Origin: Octopus vulgaris
Lineage: Eukaryota
Assembly: GCA_951406725.2 (NCBI GenBank)
Contig: OX597815.1
Span: 87,730,001-87,794,000 of the forward strand
Reading direction: 5' to 3'
DNA length: 64,000 bases
Shown: positions 1 to 14,499 of the stretch, one piece after another
How the letters are laid out: every line of letters starts with the position of its first letter
Position numbering within the stretch: position 1 is the first letter of the stretch
Program-made: the position numbers and the translations under genes
Notes under the pieces: model-generated
The model's input: only the letters and a program-made list of their open reading frames with translations
What the model was told of the DNA's origin: nothing
Database searches by the model: none

Positions 1-92
1 ACCGTACAATGTTACGAACTAATCAGATGCAGCTGATTACTCTGTCTGTCTGTCTGTCTGTGTCTCTCCCTCTCTGTCTCTATCTGTCTCTC

Positions 93-125
<33 letters not shown>

Positions 126-939
126 GTAGAGTGCTTTCCCCGTTTATCTGGACTGAGTTAGAAGGATATTATTCTTAAGATGGTGTAGCAGTATTTTTTT
201 TTCATTAGGGCATTGTTGATGTGTCATTGTGCTTGCGAGTGATTGAACATGTTGTATGACAAGAACATGCACGAAACATAGGTTGCTGTTGCAACACGCT
301 CTAAAGTTTTCTATGACATCTGTACTGCATGTTCAAGTGGTCATCCATTTGGAATATTTTAGCTGCATGGTGTACGTGGTCTGTGAGTAAGGTCTACGTG
401 CAACCTATGATAACACAATATATTATATATGGTATTTTTCGTTTGTTGTGATTTGTTACAAAGAGATTGAGAGCCCAACTTAATTATAGTTATTGTTGTT
501 GCTGTTGTTATTGCTCAGTTTGCTTTGCTGTTATTGTTGCTGATGTTGATGCAGCTGTTACTAATATTTTTATTGCATTTTGTTGCAGCTGCAGCTAAAG
601 ATGTTATTTAGTTTTAGTTTTTGGCTTTGATTTAGCTAACATATGATCAAAGGCGTTCCAGCCGTGTCTATCCCATTGCCTTATGGGACGTTACTTTTTA
701 AGACAGCTGGGTGTGGTTTGAGGGATTTCGGCTGCGGTTTCCCGCAAGTCGACCGACACAGCGAGAAGCATTGATTTTCAAACAGTGCACCGCAAGCGGT
801 CTCTAGGTACGTAACAGAGCTTTAAAAATTTATTTCAACGCTTCAGAAAATCCATTATGTCTTAAAAAATCATAATTAAATCATACACAATAATAAAATA
901 AAGGGATAGCTATTGATCTTCTGATCGAACGAAGCAAAT

Positions 940-1497
940 TATGTTTCCATTGGGGTTTCTAAGTTGCGGATACTGTGCGCCTGCCGCAACGCTTGACAGG
1001 AGTATCAATGTTTTTCTATGACGGGGCTAAATTTGAACTCAGATTGCAGAGTCGGAACATATACCACAAGGCATTCTTCCGACGCTCTATCAATTCCATA
1101 AACCTACCGCATTCGACTGATACATCTTAAAATGATACCCGAAAAGCAAACTTGACTTCGGCGGAATTTGAAATTAGAATGCAGAGAGTCGGGCATATAT
1201 CACGAGGCTTTCTATCCGGCACTCTAACGGCTCTACCAATTCGGCATCTTATATAGAAAGAAAGCTAAGTAACCAATAGTTGAGTGCAATGTGGGTGTGT
1301 ACACGAATTTGCTTGTGTGCAAATTTTGTTTGTCTATGCAAAGTTTGTGCACATCCATACAATTAAGGATCTTCAATTAAAAAAATAAATAAAAAACTCG
1401 ATTTCATCTTGAAAACCTTGCGTGCGCACATTTTTCATTTGTGCGCTAAGTGCAATGCATGTGCGCGCGCACAAGCGCACAACTTAAGGAAACATTT
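940..1497. mobile_element. Possible degenerate MITE containing two SINE-A fragments
   Basis: ATGTTTCC..TAAGTTGCG..TGTGCGC near 941-980 is roughly complementary to GCGCACAACTTAAGGAAACAT at ~1475-1495. Confidence 0.35.
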
Positions 1498-1839
1498 GTT
1501 TTTTTTGTGCATTGTTTCCTAACTTTTAAACTTTAATGCAGTTATCCTTTTTTTTTTACAGTTCCATTTGATCTCTAACATGCCACGAAGTCAAAATAAC
1601 TAAAGACCATTGATACCGAGCCCTTCTCCCTCATTGGCTCGTGCTGATAATATCGTTTATCAATTTGCTTTTGTTGTTCTTGTTGTTGCTTAGTCTTGAC
1701 ATTATTTTTTTTTGTTTTGTTTTGTCGTTTACTCTGTTGCTGTTGTTCTTGCCACTTGGCATTAAATTACAAATCTTACTATTTGCATATATTCAGCAGT
1801 TTACAAAATATGGAACAAAATACCACAATTATCAACAGG

Positions 1840-3065
1840 AGTAGCACCACCTCTACCACTATCACCACCACTATCCCCCCACCATTTCCACCACTACCTC
1901 CACTACCCCCACCACCACTACCCCCACCACTACCGCCACCACCACCACCACTTACACAACTACCTCCACCACGTACCACGAATTCAAACAGGTCGAGCAC
2001 CATCCTCTCCTTTACTACAACCACTGCCAAAACCACTACAGTTACTACCACTGGTATCACAACCACAGCGAAAACTCCCACCACCACACCGACAACTACC
2101 TCACCATCATCACCATCACCACCACCACAACAACCACCACCTCCACCACCACTACCACCACTACCACCACTACCACCACCACCAGCACCAGCACCACCAC
2201 TAGCACCACCACCAGCACCAGCACCACCAGCACCAGCACCAGCACCAGCACCAGCACCACCACCACTACCGCCACTAAATCTATCATAAAAACTGTCACC
2301 ATGGCAACCACCCTAACAGTCATCACAAAAACGGTGACAGCTATTACAACTACCACCGCTACAATCATCGACAATGATCAACACAGCGACGACAGCAAAT
2401 CTACTCTCAGCACCAGAAGGACGCCACCGGTGGAAAGTATACTACCACCACCACCACCACCACCACCACCACCACCACCACCAACCACAACAACAACAAC
2501 AGCAACAGCAGCCGTTCAAGCGACTTCGAAGGCCACCTCCCAGTAGTGTCGGGCGTCAACGAAGAGCCCCCGATTACAACAAGACAAAGTTTTTTTTTCC
2601 CAAGGTCTGGGGTCACCCGCCCCTAAGCCCTAGACCATCACCTAATCACCCTTATCCGTCTTGTTGCTTAACAACAACAACAACAGCAGCAGCAACATAA
2701 GCATCACCACCACAACTATCAACAGAACCACTAGTACCACCACTGACACCACCAATAGCATCACCAACTACAACAACACCATCGTCCCCCCAATACTATC
2801 ACCATCACCATCACCACACACAACACTACCACCATTAGCACCACCGCCGCCACACCCAGCCCCACCACCACCACCACCACCACCACCATCATCACTACCA
2901 CCTCTACCATTACCATAAACACCAATATTGTAACCATTAGTTTCGCCAACACCACTACCAACAATATCAACCACCACTACAACAACAACCACAACCACCA
3001 ATAACAACAAGAAGAACAGCACCAAGGCCAGTACCACTAACAGCATCAATCACTACCACCTACAG
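1840..3065. repeat. (CCA/CTA/CAA)n low-complexity tract
   Basis: Degenerate trinucleotide repeats. Similar tracts at 3958-4200 and 9980-10135. Confidence 0.9.
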
Positions 3066-3427
3066 CAACGAAAACAACAAGAAAATCAAAATCATGAACA
3101 AGTATCAACAAACCTCAGAATATAAAATTTGAACGAAAAACCCATTTATGCATTTTTAAAAATATAATTGTTAAAAAGAGAAACTATAAAACAAATTATA
3201 AAGTTAAAGAAAATCTAGTTAAGGGCAGAATTTTCATGCTTTTCTCTTGAATCTGTTGTAATTTTTATTTATTGTTTTTGGTGTGTGTGTGCGTGTGCGT
3301 GCGTGCGTGTGTGTGTGTGTGTGTGTGTAGACCAGAAAAACGAAAGAAATAAAACATACATTTCTGCTGTTTATGCAGAGTTTAGAATATTTTTCTAAAG
3401 ATACTTTACATGCATATGTCTGCGTGT

Positions 3428-3568
3428 AATGTGTGTGTGTGTGTGTGTGTGGGTGTGTGTATGTATGTATGCATGTATGTATGTGTGCATGTATGTATGT
3501 ATGTATGCATATTTGTATACTTGTTTGTTTCTATGTATGTATGCATGTATGTATTATGTATGTATGTA

Positions 3569-3601
<33 letters not shown>

Positions 3602-3845
3602 ATGTATGCATGTATGTATGTATGTATGTATGTGTGTATGTATGTATGTATGTATGTATGTGTGTGTGTGTATGTATGTATGTATGTATGCATGTATGTA
3701 TGTATGCATATTTGTATACTTGTTTGTTTCTATGTATGTATGTATGTATGCATGTATGTGTGTATGTATGTATGTATGTATGTGTGTATGTATGTATGTA
3801 TGTATGTATGTATGTATGTATGTATGTATGTATGTATGCATGCAT
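3428..3845. repeat. (TATG)n/(TG)n compound microsatellite with ~199-bp higher-order duplication
   Basis: Interruption GCATATTTGTATACTTGTTTGTTTC occurs at ~3507 and ~3706. Confidence 0.9.
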
Positions 3846-5305
3846 GCTTTTGTGCCTCAATGCGTATAATTCGTTAGTTTGTGTCATTTGTAGGTGCTCT
3901 TGGGCAAAAATACAACTGGGTGAAGTTAGTGCAATTAATAAACCACGTAAATTTGGGCCACCACCACCACCACCAAAACCACCACCACCACCACCACCAC
4001 CACCATCATCATCATCGCTATCACTATTAACGTCATCGTCGTTGTGATGTCATCACCATTTCTACCATCACAAACACCACTACCACCATCGCCACTATCA
4101 AAACCACCTCTACCACCAACGTCACCACGACCAACAACAGCAGTAACAGCAGCAGCACCATCACTACCACATTGATATCGTCAACAACCCCTTCACAGTC
4201 ATCATCAGTCTCAGATCCTGGCGGGCCATGAGTGCATTTGGTGCAACATTTTATAATCGCTAGTTTGGCATTTCCACTCCTTTCGGCTTCCATGTTGTCC
4301 TTTGAGACTTGAAGACATTGCTAATCTTCCATTTCGTAATATCATTTTCCTGTCTCTTCCCTTCGAACTGTCTCTTAAATGATAGTTTTTGCAGGCCCTT
4401 TTTGATCATACCATGAATATACTCAACGACAAAGAAATCAAGGTTAAATGCTAACTTCGGTGAAATTCCATTTTGAAATTTAAAAAGTTTTTATAGTTAT
4501 GTCAAATAAAATAAGGTAGTAGTATGACCTTTTGTGTGACTTCCATGATTGGTGGTAACGGAAATGGGGGGTAAATCAAAGGAGGAAGAGCCATAGATTG
4601 GTTGCTACAATAGGAAGTATCAAGAGAACTCAATACCGAGTTATCCTCAGACCAGAATTCTACTCTGAATGCTTGCAATATAGTAGATCCTTGTAAAACC
4701 ACCAAAGCCCACGTAATTGTGTTAAACCGAGCAAAGCGTTAAATCTATTTCTGAGTACAGCTGTGACAGATTTAAGCATAAACTAAGCAAGTTATAGCTT
4801 AGGATCTGAGAGACCGAATAGACCTTAAGATAATTAAAAAGCTTATACGTTATGTATCTTTTTAATTTTGTGAAATCTTGTGTGATTTCTGAACAAACTT
4901 TCTATGGTTTAAGGCCTCCACAAGTCTAGATTTGTTATTTCCTTCTCATTACAACAGCATGTAAAACGCAAGTAGGAGAAATCATTTTAATATCCACCCA
5001 TCCACAAGCGTAGCTAGAGTGTGTACCGCTCGGGGCGGCCCTTCTGTTTGCCGCCCCCAGACCACACAAAAAAACACATATTGCCTACAGCAAACCCCAA
5101 AGTGCCGGTTGAAGTAGATCCCACCCCTATCTACGTTAGAGCATCCACCTAAGTTTCAAGTCTTGTTATTTGTCAAAGGCATTTTAGAAGAGAAAAAAAA
5201 GGTCCGAATGGTAAAACTTTTGTCATTAAATAAATAAATAAATGAATAAATTAACTTTCATATTTAGCTTGTCTCACAACAAGGAATATTTTTTAATAAG
5301 TTCGA

Positions 5306-5670
5306 TTAGCTTTGCCACCACGCGGTTCCGGATCCAATTCCACTGCGCAGCACTTTGGGCAAATGTCTTCTACTATAGCCTCGGGCCGACCAATGCCTTG
5401 TGAGTGAATTCAGTTGATGGAAACTGTGTAGAAGCTCTTTGTATATGTATGTGTCTTTATATTCGAGTTCGTCTCCTCCCCACCATTTGACAACCGATGT
5501 TGGTTTGTTTAAAATCCCGTAACCTAGCATTTCGGCAAAAGACAGTTAGAATAAGCATTAGACTTAAAAAGTAACTACCGGGGTCGATTCGTTCGACTCA
5601 GCCTTTCAAAGCGATACTCCAGCATGGTCCAAGTCCGATGATTGAAACAAGTAAAAAAATAAGATATAAA
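5306..5670 (+). mobile_element. SINE-B
   Basis: Colinear with 60500-60935. Confidence 0.85.
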
Positions 5671-6859
5671 AAGTAATTTGTTATTGTTTATTCAGGGGTG
5701 ACTTCATCATTTTTCTCAGACATAAGTCTTCAGACATTTAGGTTTCCAGTATGTATACTCTTACTAATTTTTTTAAGAAGGAGAGTGTAATTTAAGGGGT
5801 ATTTGACAAGTTATTTAAAGCAGGTCGAGCGAGAGATCACTTGGGGACCTCACAGGCACTGTGATCCGTGATCATATATCTTATATATTATCTACAAAGT
5901 TGGGAAGAATGAACAATATTGTTATTCTGTTTATAGTCGATTTTATTTTGCTTGAATTATATTTTGTATTTTTACAATCCCACTTCTTTCATGAAAGCTT
6001 CGATAATGAAGGGCATGACATATCTAGGAATACTGATGTCCAAAGTTTCGGAGATGTACTTCCTAGATAAGTTATTTGATCTGAAACCGTATGATGTAAC
6101 TAAAACAATTACAGCATACAATCAATGAATGCTAACTGCACTTAAGCATTTATTATTTGGTGTCAAAATTTCATCATACTGGCTGCAACTGAGCCACTGA
6201 CGCAGTTTCGCTGCATCAGAAACATCCAGACACCCTTTATAGAAGAATTGGGGAAACACCTCAGCAAAGAAAAACTAATCTCAGTTTTGAAAACTTTTTT
6301 ATAGCTGGTGTTCTGTTTCAAGTTTATAGAAGTTGGAGGAATAAGCAGTCGGGAATGGAATTCAAGAAGGAGGCAGTTTGCGGTTAGTGTGCTAGAATGT
6401 TTAAAAAAACACTCACATGAGTATACATAGAGTCGCACTCACGTGCATACATATAGATACACGTGTGTAAAAACAAACGAACCAACTTGCCTAAATAAAT
6501 AAGATTAAATGGAAATGAAATAAGGAAACCAAATGGTTATCCAGCCCAAATCATCTAGTTAATGCTCACCCAATTCCTCCTTTTACAAACCGGCTTGCGA
6601 TAAATTTCAGTTACGTAGGTCTCGATGATTTCTTTTGCCCTAATATATGTGTGTGTGTGTGTATATGTACACACACACATGTATATAATAGAAATATGTT
6701 ACAAAAAGAATACAGAAACTACATGTGGAAATGTAAGGGGAAAGTAAGAAGAAAAATAAGCGAAAATGCACATTGGCAATCAAAAAAAGTAAAGGCTGTT
6801 AATGAAAAGTAACGATAGATATATACAATTAGATGAACTGAGGTAGGAATAAAAGTGAT

Positions 6860-7598
6860 GAAAGTCATTATTGTGAATTGTTAAAGAGATTTAAAAGCAT
6901 ACCGGTTTCGTAAATTTACTAATCATTGCTTTGAATGCACACCGATTAATGAAGGGTGTCAGGTCTATTAGTCCCTGAGTAAAAAGATTATGTGTAAGGG
7001 AGGTAGGTAGTTCTGGATTTGGTGCAATTAGGGTAGATATAGATCTGTAATGTGAATGGTGTATGGGATGTATGGGGGTTAGTGGTATTAATTGAAAGGT
7101 TAGTAGTGTTCTGTATTATGCTATGTGTTCATGTTGTGTTGGGGAAGATATTTATTGATGAAAGTTGCCTCTTTATTCATTCTTTGTTCTACTGAGGTGT
7201 TCTGTGAACATTGTTAGAAGGGGAAAATTAGGAAATTAGGATTAAGATTCCTAGCACACCTTTCTAGTAGTTAATGCGACCTGGGATCTCTTCTGGGTAT
7301 TGTTCTAGCCAGAAGGTGATCACTTCTATACCATAGACGTGTGGGATATTAGTGTACAAATTCACCACATCGAATAATACTAACAGGGTTCCTTTATTTA
7401 TTGTCTTCGGGAGGTGGTTCAGCATGTCTAAGTCATCCCTGATGAAACTTTTCACATATTTTAGAAACGGTTTAAGTAAAATGTCGAGGAAGTTGCTCAA
7501 ACGGTGGGTTTCACAAGCAGGGCTAGCAATGATTGGTCTCAGTTTGAGGTCAGTAGGGGGAGAAACATTAATGCATAGGCTTGGAGAAACTTTGCAGG

Positions 7599-7600
<2 letters not shown>
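6860..7600 (-). mobile_element. Penelope-like element remnant (RT fragment joined to GIY-YIG C-terminus, then 3' terminal region)
   Basis: LRPIIASPACETHRLSNFLDILLKP...LFDVVNLYTNIPH (PLE-type RT), then LERCARNLNPNFLIFPF*Q...RMNKEATFINKYLPQ. The 5' end abuts (TA)n. Confidence 0.85.
6894..6932 (-). ncRNA. Degenerate minimal type I hammerhead ribozyme of the Penelope-like element
   Basis: AAAGCA-ATGATTA-GTAAATTTAC-GAAA-CCGG-TA-TGCTTT: perfect 6-bp stem I, stem II hairpin, GAAA, palindromic stem III, UH site. The CUGAUGA box has two substitutions. Confidence 0.7.
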
Positions 7601-7645
<45 letters not shown>

Positions 7646-8102
7646 TTTTATTTTTTATCTGTGATTATATTATCCAATGTCCCATTTTTAACACAGATAT
7701 ATGTGTGTGTGTGTATGTGTGTGTGTATCTGTGTGAGTGTGTGTATGGTTGTGCGCGCGCGCTTAAAATATTGTTTTTAAAGTTAACATTAGAGTGAAGA
7801 ATTAATCACTACTTTTTTGTAGAGTACATTTTTGTTATACCTTTACAGGACACCGAAGTTTCGTGCTATTTGCCCTAAAGAAAGTGGATGACGTCTTTTA
7901 TCATTCTTATTTTATTCTTATTTCTAGGTTATTGGATAACAGAATGGTTAATATCCATTAAATCACATCTTACCGCCTTAAATATAAAGGAAGGACACAT
8001 TGGACAATATCTCTGATACACACACACACACATATATAATAATATAAATAATATATAAATACATGCATATATACATACATATATGTACATACCTACATAT
8101 AT

Positions 8103-8296
8103 ATCATCATCATCATCATCATCATTTAGCGTCCGTTTTCCATGCTAGCATGGGTTGGACGGTTTAACTGGGGTCTGTGAAGCCGGAAGGCTTCATCAGG
8201 CCCAGTCAGATTTGGCAGTGTTTCTACGGCTGGATGCCCTTCCTAACGCCAACCACTCCGCGAGTGTAGTGGGTGTTTTTTACGTGCCACCTGCAC
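8103..8296 (-). mobile_element. 3' end of a SINE or LINE with (ATG)n tail
   Basis: (CAT)n on +, followed by TTTAGCGTCCGTTTTCCATGC...GGCTGGATGCCCTTCCTAACGCCAACC. Confidence 0.6.
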
Positions 8297-8320
8297 ATAT
8301 ATATATATATATATATATAG

Positions 8321-8478
8321 TTATTATTAAAATTATAATTTAGGGTATCTAAGAGATACCTCAACGCTGGAAATAATAGCCAAAACCTGACTGAAAAACC
8401 ACATTAATTGTTTTAGGGTCAGGTTTTGGATGCTTGGCGGTATCTCTTAGATACCCTAAATTATAATTTTAATAATAA
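8321..8478. repeat. Perfect 40-bp inverted repeat with nested 12-bp inverted repeat
   Basis: Arms 8321-8360 and 8439-8478; inner CCAAAACCTGAC (8380-8391) and GTCAGGTTTTGG (8418-8429). Confidence 0.9.
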
Positions 8479-8550
8479 TTATTACTTTTGAAGGTTTTTA
8501 TTCGCACGCTGGCCACTTGATAAGATCGATAATTAAATTAACGATCTTAT

Positions 8551-8615
<65 letters not shown>

Positions 8616-8718
8616 CCATACTAATATGGCATTCTTAAAAATAAGAATAAAGCTGTTGCTGATTTCCAGAAACGCTGTCGTAATCTCTTTTAAAGAGACT
8701 TAGTAATTTTAATATTTC

Positions 8719-8768
<50 letters not shown>

Positions 8769-11454
8769 CGGGATGGGCATGAATGGATTGTCTGTTCATA
8801 GATCTTCTTAGAACTGACCTCGGAATAAACAGCAGCGGCAATAGTAAGATCCTCCTCCTCCCCCTCCTCCTCCTCCTCCTCCTCATCATCATCATCATCA
8901 ATAACATCAAATAACTGTCGTTGTTGTTGAGTTATGCTGATAAGGATGTGCTGGCAGAGACCAGTAGCACCGAAGTAACCGGAAATTACAGCTCGAAGAA
9001 ACATTTACTGTTTTATCGTTTTTGTTATGGTCCTTCCGTTAAGCATTTATTTTCCAATTAGATAAACAGAATAGAAAAGAAGCACAGAGATATAGCATTA
9101 TATTTTAAAATTTATCTTCTGCATACTACTATCAACGTTACTCATCAATTGGAAATTGGTTTCACTGAATTCAAAGAATGTATAAATGAAAGGTATGATG
9201 TGCTTTACCTATCAAAGAGCATGAGCTATGCACGTGAAGGGTTGTGAAGTGAACTAAATAAGAAACAATCGAAACCAGCTCTTTAAAGTCGGCTGACCGG
9301 AAGTTAATTTTCCAGTCTAGAGCATCATAGTTTATGAAAAGCCCCATGCATTATAGTTTATGAAAACCCTATACAGTTACATAAAGGATCCGTACATAAA
9401 TAATCTGTTGGTGGTTGATATGAAATTTTCAATCAATGGATATTAAGATAGAAAAGTATGCAGAGGAAGAAGTATCTAAAGTTTCAACAGGAAATATATG
9501 CTCGACTAGTTATAGAAATGTAAGTATGAAAGATCTCGTCGAAGGGAAACGCTTGAATAACAGAGCTAGCTTTTTCTATTCATATTAACAAAGGGAATGA
9601 AATAGCCTTTGCATAGTCACCCAGCTTGCTAGAAACAGTAGCCAAACCACGCCCAATCTGTGTTAAAAAAAGGGACATTGGATAATATAATCATAGATAA
9701 AAAATAAAATAAAGGATGCTCAGAGCTGGAACCCTTTTGGTCATAGATATACTCGATCACGCCTGGTGTTAAATTAAAGAACATCAACTACAGTAACAGC
9801 AGGAGAAGCAACAGGAGCAGCAGCAGTAGCAGAAGCAGCAGCAACAGTAGCAGTAGCAGCAATTGCAACAAAACCTCGATAGACATGTTGTCCTAGATAT
9901 ACACAAATACAGGATGGTAACAGTTGAGACGTATCGGATCATAGGATTACTCGATCAAGGTAGACCTGGTGCTAAACCACATTGCCACTGCTGCCGCCGC
10001 CGCCGCCACTACCGCCGCCACCACCACCACCACCACCACCACCACCACCACCAACACCATGACCACCGCCTCGGCTGCCACCACCGCCGCCGCCGCAACA
10101 ACAACAACAACAGTAAGAGTAACAACAGCAACAAATCGAGGCACACAATGAGTACATGTAAGTGCAAAGGAAAGAAGAAGAATAAACTAAAGTACGAGAG
10201 GACTAAAAAAAAGTTTCCTTATTTATTCGAAGATAGTCCAAGCACGAAATGTCAGAATGCACATTATCTCTCGAAGTTATTTCATGAATTTCATTAAATA
10301 AACCGAAAGCCTGTCACTTCACTCATCCGTGAAATACTGTAACAATTCCTAAAATAACTGGGATGAACACTTTCTTTTCAAAGCATCTGAAAAGATTTTT
10401 TGTTACAATGTAAGACAGCAACTATGCAAAGTTATTATTTCAGTTTATCATATCACTCCACTCTGTGCTGATTCACAATGGTATGCTTCTCTAGTCATCT
10501 AAGATCTGCAGTAATATTCAGGCTACGGTTTTACTGAGGAGGTCTAATAAGACCAAAACATACCCAGAATTGTCAACACACTGCTATATCTCTTTACGTT
10601 CTATATTTAATTAATTAAAATTAATTGATTTTCCGAGCTGTCTTTTCTGTCTTTTCTGACCAGACTTAGTCACTTAGAAAATAACTCCTCTCATTACTAA
10701 ATGTTATGATTTTATGCTACTTTACGATAAAGTTTTCATGCAGCAGGTATTCCTGCGTATTTTTCAGACTTTCTTTTTATATTACATGAGAGTTCTAGAA
10801 GGGGATGTGTGTATGTTTGTGTATGTTTGTGTATGTGCGTGTGTGTATGTTTGTATATGTGCGTGTGTGTGTGTTTGTATTTGTGTGTGTGTGTGTTTGT
10901 GTAGTTGTGTGTGTACGTGTGTATTTTCTTTTACTAGTTTCAGCTTGAGAGCTGCAGTTAAGATGGGGGCATTGCCGTTTGCTGAGATACATATCTGAAA
11001 ATCATCGCAATGTCTATTTAATGAAGCAGCCATATTTGAGCAGCCTCTTGTTTTGTTTCGCCTCCCTCGCACTCCATTAACCTTCATTTGTGTCAGGTTT
11101 TAATGTGACGCGTTTTGTAGAGGATGGCAACCACAAAACCGCAACTAGGTTTCGATTCTTCCTTAGAGCTAATTTATTTTATTCATATTGCTAATGTCTC
11201 TGGGACGACATAAACGTTACGCATTTTCATTCTTTAACTCTATAATTATGTAAACTTGTGATTAGATACTAAACATTAGATTTCACTGCCGTACATTATC
11301 TCATTAAAGGTCTTCATTAGAAGAGATTTTCAGAAGGGTTTTAATTGTTTTGATAGAAGATCCACTTCAAATTTATTTATCACTACTTGTCAAGCAACAC
11401 TCTTATGACATTTTAAAAAACATTTCCTTTGGAGTGAAGATAGTGCATTCGGGA

Positions 11455-11690
11455 CTGGTGGCCGCGGCGGCATTTGAATTCAGAACGCAAAAACCCGGAA
11501 CAAATAGCACAAGGCATCAAGTCCGATGTTCTTACAGTTCTGCCAATCAATCAGCTTAGATTGATACTTTACTATCGATCCTAAAAGGATGAAACGCAAA
11601 GATGACCTTGGCAGGGTTTGAACTCAGAGCAGAGAAAATTGGAACAAGAACCGTGAGACCTTTTCAAAGCTCTGTCACTTTGCCGCCTCT
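11455..11690 (-). mobile_element. Two degenerate SINE-A fragments
   Basis: TTTGAATTCAGAACG and ATCGATCCTAAAAGGATGAAACGCAAAG motifs. Confidence 0.65.
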
Positions 11691-12254
11691 GAAAGTTGAA
11701 TCAGATTTTACAATTTAATTCAGATTTTACAATTTAATTCAGATTTTATTTAATTCACTATTCAAATAGAATTTGCTTGGTTTCAGTCTAACTTGTGCAT
11801 TGAGGACAATCATTCATTCAGATATTCTAAATTTTATTTCCATGCTATGGGAGCTGAAACTGACGTGATATTGACGTACTGCGTCTCTTCAGTAACAGCT
11901 GTCCATGACCCAATACCAGCCAAATCTCACTGTCACCGACATATGGAATTACAGTGAATTTTCAGGCACTAATATCGTAAATAACCAGGAGGATTTTTAA
12001 AACATAATTATTTGTGAAATTTGGCTGGTATGCGGTGAGCGGGCAGCTGTTACCGAAGAGGCGCAGTACGTTGAAATCACGTGTTCTGGAAGTTCCGGCG
12101 CCCATAGCCGACGATTCTCGTCTACCAATAATACAAATATGTACGCTTTTATGCAGCGTGTGTCCATATGAAAGGACCTCTCAAGACGAATACTGCAATA
12201 TTCAAAGTTCTAATAAAATATCCACGTTAATTTAGAGAAAAAAGATTGCTTCTT

Positions 12255-12851
<597 letters not shown>

Positions 12852-13514
12852 TTTGCAAGACTTCCCTACGCATGTAAAGATGCCATTTATGCTTTCTGTC
12901 GTGAAGCTCTCTCTCTATTCTCTCCCAAATACCACCGACCCAACCGCTAGTAAAAGTACCACAACCACCGATTTCAATTTTATGAGTTCACTTGCACCCA
13001 ACTTTGAGTTTACGTGTTACACGTGCATATGAGTGAATGCATGTCAATAGAAGAGAGCGTGATGTCTTAAAACATAGACACCAAACTCTTTTTTTTTTTG
13101 GGCGGGGGGATACATTCGCCCATGTGCACGTGCGCACGTAGACCACAAACCATTCGCATATAAACTTCACATACGCATGTTCACACACACATACACCATG
13201 CAAGGACGTGCATAAACGCAAACATACGCAAAATATATACAAAGAACGAACGTCAGAGACATATGTGTTTGTCTGTGTGTGTGTGTGTGAGTGTGTATAC
13301 GAGAGAGAGAGAGAGAGGGGGGGGGGGGAGGGGGAGAGAGAGAAAGAAAGAGAGGAGGGAGAGATGTGAACGTGTGGAAAAAATGTGTTTATATGTAGAG
13401 CACGGTAGAGTATTAGCGTGACTCCATCAAGTTGTATATACCATAAAATAAACACAATACACCAAATACTAAGGTTACATTCTACACCGACACACACGCA
13501 CATACACACGTATG

Positions 13515-13568
<54 letters not shown>

Positions 13569-13598
13569 AACATACATACACATATTTACAATTATGTC

Positions 13599-13656
<58 letters not shown>

Positions 13657-14499
13657 TACTTATATAAGCAGTTTTAGGCCGACGTCATCAAAAACACGAC
13701 AGTCTATATTTTACTGGTTTATATGATATAGGAGGAAAGGTTGAAGAGGCAGTGAAAGTATATTCAAGTGTACATAATGCATGTACGCGCATGTGTGTCT
13801 GAGAAAAAGAGAGAGAGAGAGGGGGAGAGAGGGAGGGAGATTGAGAGAGATGGGGAGGGTGAGAGAGAGAGGGGGGTGATAGAGAGTGAGTGAACGTCTA
13901 CAAGTTTGTGAATGTAGATCTTTATATACTTTTTATTTATTCTTGGGCTGTTTTAAGTTGCAATCCTAGACTACCGCTGACTATTAAATCTGCATTGAGT
14001 GCCGTAAGAAAGATACATACAAAGACACTTATATCAACACATTGAAGCACTCATACGCAAACACATACACACAAAACATGCCAATACACATACATACATA
14101 CATACATACATACATACATACATACATACATACATACATACATACATACATACATAAACGTATGTTAACATTAGCTAACATCAGCTGCTTAAATTCTGTT
14201 GATTATATAAAATGACCTACCGATGATGCAAAATATGATGACTATTTCAGTTCGGATGGTTTAGATTCAAATTTCAATCTTAAATATTCACCAGAGGAAT
14301 TTTCTGTACACTTATATAACATTTTGTCTTTCTGTTGATGTTGTTCAGAATTAGGACGTTTCTGAAGTTCTCTGGGCGATAAGACGTTTACATTACCATT
14401 TAAAGATAGAATGACAGATTTTAAACGACTATGTTTTCTATCCAAATTTGAAAGTTTTTTTACTTTTGCTATAATCCAATTCTGACTTTAGCATTTATC

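Noticed and set aside
1696-2289. 197-aa proline/threonine-rich ORF resembling a formin FH1 or extensin
   Set aside because: It is a translation of (CCA)n low-complexity DNA, open in several frames on both strands, with no flanking domain or supported splice structure.
11696-11760. Short tandem repeats (19-bp unit here, 17-bp unit at ~37545-37595)
   Set aside because: Two to three copies only; ordinary slippage duplications.
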